Assembly: GCF_009914755.1 (NCBI RefSeq)
Contig: NC_060927.1
Length of the DNA: 64,000 bases
From: the human T2T-CHM13v2.0 reference genome, Homo sapiens
Reading direction: 5' to 3' (one strand)
This document shows positions 56,720-64,000 of this stretch, piece after piece. The notes under the pieces are model-generated. The model was not told where the DNA came from and ran no database searches. It saw only the letters and a list, made by a program, of their open reading frames with translations. The position numbers were made by a program, and so were the translations under genes. The stretch's first letter is position 1. Every line of letters starts with the position of its first letter.

Positions 56720-57235
56720 CAAGATGCTGTCTATCTCCTGCTTAAATGTTTTCTCATGGCTCTCGAAATTAAGGTCAAGATCTGCAGGATGAATTACACA
56801 GTCCTGCGCAGCCTCGCAGCTCCCTAGCTCCTGCTCAGCATTTTTCCCTTAGCTGACTATTCTTCAGCCATGCTGGTTTTTTCCCTCATCACGGGGCCTT
56901 GACCCACATCCCTGCCCCTTGCCCACTGCATTTCTAACCTCTCTCTTCCCTTCATCCGTCAAGTCACAGTGCAAATGTCAAGGCATTAGGAGAAGCCAAA
57001 CTTCAGCATTCAAACTAGGTAGTTTGTTACCTCTGTTATGCGATCCCACAGGACCTGCAACTTCTCCATGAGTACATCTACCACAATTGCAGTTTTACTG
57101 TTATATATCCAATTATTTTTTACTGCCTTTTCTCCTAGGCTTTAAACTCCATATTTCTAAGTACTATCTGTCTGGCACATAGAGACTCCATAAATATTTG
57201 TTAACTGAATGAATGAATGAATGAATGAATGAATA
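56720..57235 (+). mobile_element. L2 3' end with (TGAA)n tail
   Basis: tctggcacatagagactccataaatatttg then tgaatgaatgaa... at 57206-57233. Confidence 0.75.
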
Positions 57236-58649
57236 AAACAGAGAAGAGATAGGAGTCAGATAGTCCCATAAGTCTCCTTAATCATTTATGTCTGTCAGAG
57301 TCCCTTTTACTAATACTGAAATTTCTTATTTCTGAATTGGTCTCCCCCATTTAATTATCTGATCTTCAGGTAGAGGGCCCTTGTCACCTGCCACATATGA
57401 AAGAGCTCAAAGATCAGCTGCTTGGAGAAGAATGGGAGGAAGACATGGAGACAGAAGACGAATGATAAGAAGGAAGAAGAAAAGGTGGCAGAGAGAGAAA
57501 AAGAAGACAGAGGAAGGGTTAGTAAGTCCTTAAACATGTCAGATGAAATACAAGAGAAAAATCCCTGATTAAAACCTTCCTCTGGAAGAAGAAAAGGCTT
57601 ATGTAACCTTTTTGGAGGATATGCCAAACAAATGTGGCACATTGACAGCATATTATAAATAATACTGATTTTAAAATTGTTTTTATAAAGACAAACAGAA
57701 CACTGAATTTCCTGTTGGCAATACTCAAACCATTAATAATTTTGATTTCAGGTTAATACATTTTTGGGGGGAGAATAGAGGACTTCAGAGGGCATTTAGA
57801 ATCATTAGAAGCTGATGTATTACCACTGACATTAACAATCTTTGGGAAAACTCATGATGTCACTTGCTTTGAACAATATGAGGACCAGCTGTAAGTGGTA
57901 CAGAATGAAGACTAATGACTAACTGTTCACATGCAAAACTCAAGACTTGTGGGAGAGGACTTCTTAGGCAGCACCAGGCTGTTAGGCCAAATTATTAGCT
58001 CATTTTAATTGAAAATGTGAAAAGACATTACACTTTGCAAGATGGTACTGAAGACAGCCAAGACTTTTAGCTGAAAGAATCTCATTCAGAGCATCCCCAT
58101 GGTGCCAGGCTTTCAACTGTATATTACAGATATGTTACTGTTGATATTCTGTATTTTTGTAAGATCTGGTCAAAATGCATTTAGCTCTATATTCAATAAT
58201 TTTTGGTCCACATCAGAAAGTCTTTAGTCATCCTGTATTTTAGACTTTTTACTTACATTTCTATTATTCAAGACAATGTATTTGTTCACCGTCCTCTTCT
58301 AAAAATGATGAGTATCATTAACATGTCACAACTCATTTGTTTGTTTTTTTATTCCAAAGCCATAAACTTTTATTGAAAATGTTGTGATCCATTCACTTTC
58401 AAGAAAAGCTGTTGGAACATCTTGGTTTGACAGTCTCTTAAGTCAAGCCCACTATGCTCCTGACATGGTGAGTCACACTTTTGCCAAAAACAGGCAAAAG
58501 CTAAACTCTGCATGTTAGCAGCAGATGAGGCCAATAAGCTGGCTTTGGAAATGGTTCTCAAAGTAGCCACATTTGAATCCTGGATAAGAAAGGATACCTC
58601 ACATAGAAGTTGGCAACCATAAATCAACCAAGGTTCCTCTGTCCCTCAT

Positions 58650-59260
58650 TTCACCCCACGTCCAGTCTAACACTTAACCCCATTAATTTTGCTTCCAATC
58701 TTCCCCACGCTACCTGAGCTACTCCAGTGGTCTCCTCCCTGGGCTTTGGACTTACATCCTTGGCCTCTTCAGTGCATTCTCTACATGGAGACCCAAGTGA
58801 TCTGATAAACACAAATTGGATAAGTTTGGATATCTGTTGTAGGATAGTAACCATAGTTGATAATAATGTATTGAATACTTGGAAATTGTTAAGATATTAG
58901 ATCTCAACTCTATTCACAACAAAAAATAAGTATGTGAGGTGATGGATCTGTTAATTAGCTTGATTGTATCATTTTACAACGTATACCTATATCAATACAT
59001 CACCTCATATGCCATCAATATATGCGTTTTTTTGTCAAATGTGCCTTAGTTTTAAAAGAATAAAATTAAAAATAAGCACTCTCCAAAAAATAAAACAAAA
59101 CAAAAACCAAAAATATGATCATATCACCCATCTGCATGAACCCTTCAATGATTTTCCTTGCACTTAGGATAAAGCAAAACTCTTTACTCTTACTTAAAAC
59201 GCCTTGCCATCCTCTCCAAACTCATCCTGTATTACTTTCCATCAGTCTCCTTTGTATTTA
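58650..59260 (+). mobile_element. L2 interrupted by an L1M 3' end (about 58835-59075)
   Basis: L2 motifs either side of taagtatgtgaggtgatggatctgttaattagcttgatt. Confidence 0.68.
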
Positions 59261-60099
59261 TTATCTTAAAAGTTAAGGTGCAGTAACACCAACAGACACT
59301 TTCACCCTGGTGACCCCGGTCATCCTGGCTCACTCACCAGGTAAGCTGGGCACCATTCAGGAGTTCTGGACTGTGGAGACATGAACAGAGGTGCCCTCAC
59401 ATCTTCTCATTGACATATCACACTAAAGTCATATTATCCAATGATAACTAAATTGCCAAAATGAACAGTGGACTATGTAATCTAATGCCTACCAAGAAAC
59501 TCCAGTTAGAAGATAATACCAAAAAAGGAAACACAAGCAACCACAAGAAAACAGCAGAACAGACACTTCTCATACTCCAAATCCATACTTCTTTCATGTT
59601 AAAATCGATGACTGAATCAGATTTGCCGCAATGCCAGGAAGAAAGTGATTATCAAAAAAAGTATTTGAACTTATTTTCGTGTTTACTATTGTTAATAATG
59701 ATCCTTAACTTTCATATATACTGAACCTTGACCTATTGATAATATGAAAATATAATTAGCAAGAACATTTCAAAGCTAAGCATACAGATTATTAATCTAC
59801 TTAAGAATATAAGAGATTTTATGTTAATAAAAATGACTTAAATATAACATAACACAGTGATATAGGAACATAATTTGTAAATAAGCAAATACATATATTT
59901 TTGTATTCCTTCCTCAAAATGTTTCTATTGCTGGGGTGGTCAAAGAGCTTAGAGACAGCTAGACTCCTATGTATCAGAATCATTTGTGGAACTGCTAAAA
60001 GCAAGGATTCCTGCGATTCACCTCAGGGTCTCCAAGGTGGGATGCAGGAATCTGCATTTTTAAACATATCCATTAGAGATCTTGAAGTGTTCCTAGGAT

Positions 60100-61010
60100 T
60101 CATTAATTCCATGCATACTGAATAAATCCTCCTGTGTACCAGGCACTTTGAGATGCTGAGGGGACAGCAGTGAACAATTTAGACAAGGCTACTGCTCTCC
60201 TGGTGCTTACATTTTAATGTGAAACAAAGAAAGGAGGATACTTGACATCAATATGTGATACAAAGTAAATAAAACGGGATATTAAGATAGAAAGTCAGGA
60301 GCTGGACACAATGGCTTGTGCCTGTAATCCTAGCACTTTGGGAGGCCAAGGTAGGAGGACTGCTTGATCCCAGGAGTTAGAGGCCAGCCTGTGCAACATA
60401 GGAAGACCCTGTCACTACAAAAGAATTAAAATTAGTCGGTATGGTGGAGCGCACATGTAGTCCCAGCTACTTGGGAGGTTGAGGTGGGAGGATCACTTGA
60501 GCCCAGGAGGCCGAGACTTCAGTAAGTCATGATTGTGCCACTGCACTCCAGTCTGGGCAACAGAGTGAGACACTGCCTCTCAAGAACAAAAAAAGAAAGA
60601 AAGTCATACAGGTTTCAGGAAGGACTCTTGTGGAGATAACGTTTAGGCTGAGAGTTGAATGGCAAGAAGAAGCCAGTCATGCCAAAATACGGGACCAAAG
60701 GGAACATCAGTGCAAAGTCCCTAGGTGCACCAAATTTGAAAAATTTGAGGAAAAGGAAAAGATCATACAGCAAGCATTGGGGACAAGGATAAGATGCAAG
60801 GTGAGGTGAGGCACTACTCCCGTCAGCTTTGGAAGGCAGGGGAAGGAGTTCAGATGTTCTTTTAAGTGAGATGGGGAGGCACTGAAGGGTGTCAGGTAAA
60901 GGTACCATCTGATGTGATTTATATTTTTAAAGCATACACACTGGCTCTGTGTGGGGAATGGAATGCAAAGAGGCTGGAAGGACATCAGGTGAGATCCACT
61001 GTGACAGTCA
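60100..61010 (-). mobile_element. L2 interrupted by AluJ
   Basis: ctcctgtgtaccaggcact...cagcagtgaacaa; ggcaagaagaagccagtcatg; ctggctctgtgtggggaatgg. Confidence 0.7.
60300..60597 (+). mobile_element. AluJ
   Basis: ggaggatcacttgagcccaggagg; TSD agaaagtca at 60289-60297 and 60598-60606. Confidence 0.93.
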
Positions 61011-61024
61011 AGACTTTTAAACCT

Positions 61025-61332
61025 GGCCGGGTGCAGTGGCTCACGCCTGTAATCCCAGCATTTTGGGAGGCTGAGGCAGGTGGATCACAAGATCAGGAGA
61101 TGGAGACCATCCTGACTAACGTGGTGAAACCCTGTCTCTACTAAAAATACAAAAAAATTAGCCAGACACGGTGGTGGGCACCTATAGTCCCAGCTACTGG
61201 GGAGGTTGAGGCGGGAGAATGACATGAACCCGGGAGGCGGGGCTTGCTTGCAGTGAGCTGAGATTGTACCACTGCACTCCAGCATGGGCGAGAGAGCAAG
61301 ACTGTGTCTCAAAAATAAATAAATAAATAAAT
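61025..61332 (+). mobile_element. AluY/Sc-type with (TAAA)n tail
   Basis: ggatcacaagatcaggagatggagaccatcctgactaac. TSD aagactt(t/a)aaacct at 61010-61024 and 61333-61347 (1 mismatch). Confidence 0.95.
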
Positions 61333-63146
61333 AAGACTTTAAAACCTAAGGCCAAGCACAGAACTAAAGAAACTGTAGCATTTGGCTGTTGAGTGAACAA
61401 ATCAACAATGAAGAATTAATAAACAGTGGAACCAAAGAATGAATCAAAGCCAGGAGTGAATTATAGTCCTAGAAACTCACCCCATATCCATTGGCGACCC
61501 TTCCAGTTAGAAGTCAGGACCACTGAGCACTCCTGTTCTGGGTCAGCCAGCCCTCTGCTCATATTTCAGACAGAATGCATTTTATGATTAATCTTAATCC
61601 TCCTACCTCCCATAGAAGTAAATCATCTAAATGCTTTCCTCAGGGGAGGAGAAAAGGTAAATGATCTCTCCAAACATACCCTTTAAAATTTTTTCGATGA
61701 AAGCAAATTTTTAAACCCACACATTTGAGTGGGAACTGAATGGTGCTAAACAAATACCCAACTTCTACATGTGAGATCTTTGAGGTGACCCCATGTCTGT
61801 CACCACAGAATGAAGTTTGTAACCACAGCCAAGGTTTCTACCCTCATCCTTGCCCCGACTTCCAACTAACAGGAGCCAGAAGTTGCCTAGGTTAAGACAG
61901 GAGATGGCTGTGGTCTTTTCCACTTAAGTTATTATGCAACTTCTTTTTCTTTCAGACACCTTGCTTTTTCACTCTCAACATGAATGCCTCTCTCTGATTT
62001 GCAAATCTCTTTCCAGAGTCTGTCTAAACGGAAAGTTTTTTTTGATCTATAGCCCAGACACAGGTAGGATCTGTATTTCCAACATCTAGTGTGGGCTGCC
62101 TCCCTGTTGACATTAATCTTCCACCTTTGCTGGGTCTAGACAATAGGGGTTGGAGAGCGTTAATCTAAAGATTCACCAGACACCAAGCCATAAATCTGCC
62201 TGGGGGTAGACAGACTTGTGGCATTTTCTATTTGCTCCTAAGAAGACTCTAGGCTCTGTTTGGTCCTCCATTGCCTCTGCCCTGAGAAATTGAATTACTC
62301 ACAACATCAAAATTCAGTTCCTCCAGAGCATCTCACACTCATCAAAGCTGAGAAGAACAAGGCACCATCCATTTGCTTCAGGAATTAAGTTAGAAAATCC
62401 AAGGGGAGACATTGGAAAGATACAATATATTTAGTTGTTGTGAGACATTTTGTTTCCCAACAGAATAAAGCAAAGGAGATATTTCTCATTATATAGTCAT
62501 GTTTCCTAGTGAGCATCACCAAGATTTTTCTGATTGCCATATCTACTTTTTCTTATCTGGGTTAGGGTGAAAGTTCCCAGTTAAGACCAAAACTATAAGG
62601 TGTTCACAAGAGAATACTACCAGTAAGCTGGATATTTGCTGTACATTTTCATGAAACCCAAATATTAAAAAGCAAATCTGAAAAGTGTGCCTAATGATAG
62701 ATTAGGCAATTGTGTCTGCAAAACCAAAGGCGTCGTTATATCTTGTCTCCATGTACAACTGACAAATGACTTCCCTTTAGGAGTTACTTTGAATTTTTGT
62801 TTTGACTTTTGCTTCCCCTGAGATTAACTGGACTGTCAATGTGTGTGGGTATATGCTTAAAGATTATTCTCTGTGTGCACACGCATGTGCCTGTGCCTCC
62901 CTCTGTGTGTACCTATTTTAGGGTACTCATCCTATGGACAAGCCGACTACTTGAGATATCTTCCAGTACAAGAACTCCATAATTATTACGCAACTCCATG
63001 TACCAATTAAAGAAATGTTTTCATGCACATCTCCAGATTGAGCTTTGGCTCCATTATATTCCTGGGATCATTCATATGCTGACATCACTTACAGTAGACA
63101 CCCCAGTGTGTGCAGAAAGATAAGCTTCATTTCATGTGTCAAGAAT

Positions 63147-63561
63147 GAGATAGACTGGATAAAGAAAATGTGGTACATATACACTATGGAATACTATGTA
63201 GCCATAAAAATGAATGAGATCACGTCCTTTGCAGAGACAGGGATGGAACTGGAAGCAGTTATCCTTAGCAAACTAGAGCAGGAACAGAAAACCAAACACT
63301 GAATGTTCTTATTTATAAGTGGGAGCTGAATAATGAGAACACATGGACACATAGGGGGAACAACACACACTGGGGCCTGTCAGTGTGGTGTGGGGGGATG
63401 GAGGGCATCAAGAAGAATAGCTAATGGATGCTGGGGTTAATACCTAAGTCATGGGTTCATTTGTGTAGCAAACCACCATGGCACCCATTTACCTATGTAA
63501 CAAACATGCACATCCTGCACATGTACCCTGGAATTTAAAAGTTCAAGAAGAAAAATAAAAA
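63147..63561 (+). mobile_element. Older L1PA (about PA13-16) 3' end
   Basis: DWIKKMWYIYTMEYY; aagaatagctaatggatgctggg...cacatcctgcacatgtaccc. Confidence 0.88.
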
Positions 63562-63569
63562 CAGATTGA

Positions 63570-64000
63570 GTTGGGAGCAGTTCCAAAATAGCCGAATAGG
63601 AACTGCTGCAGTCTACAGCTCCCAGCGTGAGCCATGCAGAAGATGAATGATTTCTGCATTTCCAACTGAGGTACCCGGTTCATCTTACTGGGGATTGTCG
63701 GACACTGGGTGCAGGACAGTGGGTGCAGCACATCAAGCATGAGCCGAAGCAGGGAGAGGCATTGCCTCCCCTGGGAAGCACAGGGGGTCAGGGAATTCCC
63801 TTTCCTAGACAAGGAAAGGGGTGACAGATGGCACCTGGAAAATCAGGACACTCACACCCTAATAATGCGCTTTTCCGACGGTCTTAGCAAACGGCACACC
63901 AGGAGATTATATCCCGCACATGGCTCGAAGGGCCCTATGCCCACGGAGCCTCACTCATTGCTAGCACAGCAGTCTGAGATCAAACTGCAAGGCAGCAGCG
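63570..64000 (+). mobile_element. 5' UTR start of an L1PA4/5-like, possibly full-length, LINE-1 running out of the window
   Basis: gttccaaaatagccgaataggaac...gatttctgcatttccaactgaggtacc...gcagtctgagatcaaactgcaaggc. Confidence 0.93.

Overview
Primate (catarrhine/hominoid, most likely human) intergenic or deep-intronic DNA. It is AT-rich and CpG-depleted, with no recognisable protein-coding gene, tRNA, rRNA or CRISPR array. The ORF track is explained by L1 ORF2 remnants, Alu/LTR sequence, microsatellites and chance. A large part of the window is interspersed repeat: L1PA/L1M, Alu J/S/Y, L2, MIR, MaLR/ERVL/ERV9 LTRs (including a solo LTR12 with a 4-bp TSD), and hAT/Tigger DNA transposons, often nested. 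Subfamily names are from remembered consensus sequences, and boundaries of old repeats are approximate. The non-routine signal is a set of locally templated rearrangements: (1) a 301-bp inverted self-copy inside an L1 (18.7/19.3 kb); (2) a ~230-bp inverted duplication of apparently non-repeat DNA that forms a long hairpin (44.6-45.3 kb); (3) a ~227-bp local copy inserted cleanly into a Tigger3, with a third 26-nt mini-copy inside an adjacent (TA)n tract (46.9-47.9 kb); (4) an iterative templated-insertion scar (38.3 kb). Also notable are two neighbouring L1PAs that share private mutations including the same stop codon (apparent gene conversion), and a poly(A)-only retro-insertion (40.5 kb). 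I see no evidence for a new gene system; the case for a template-switch-prone locus is inference.
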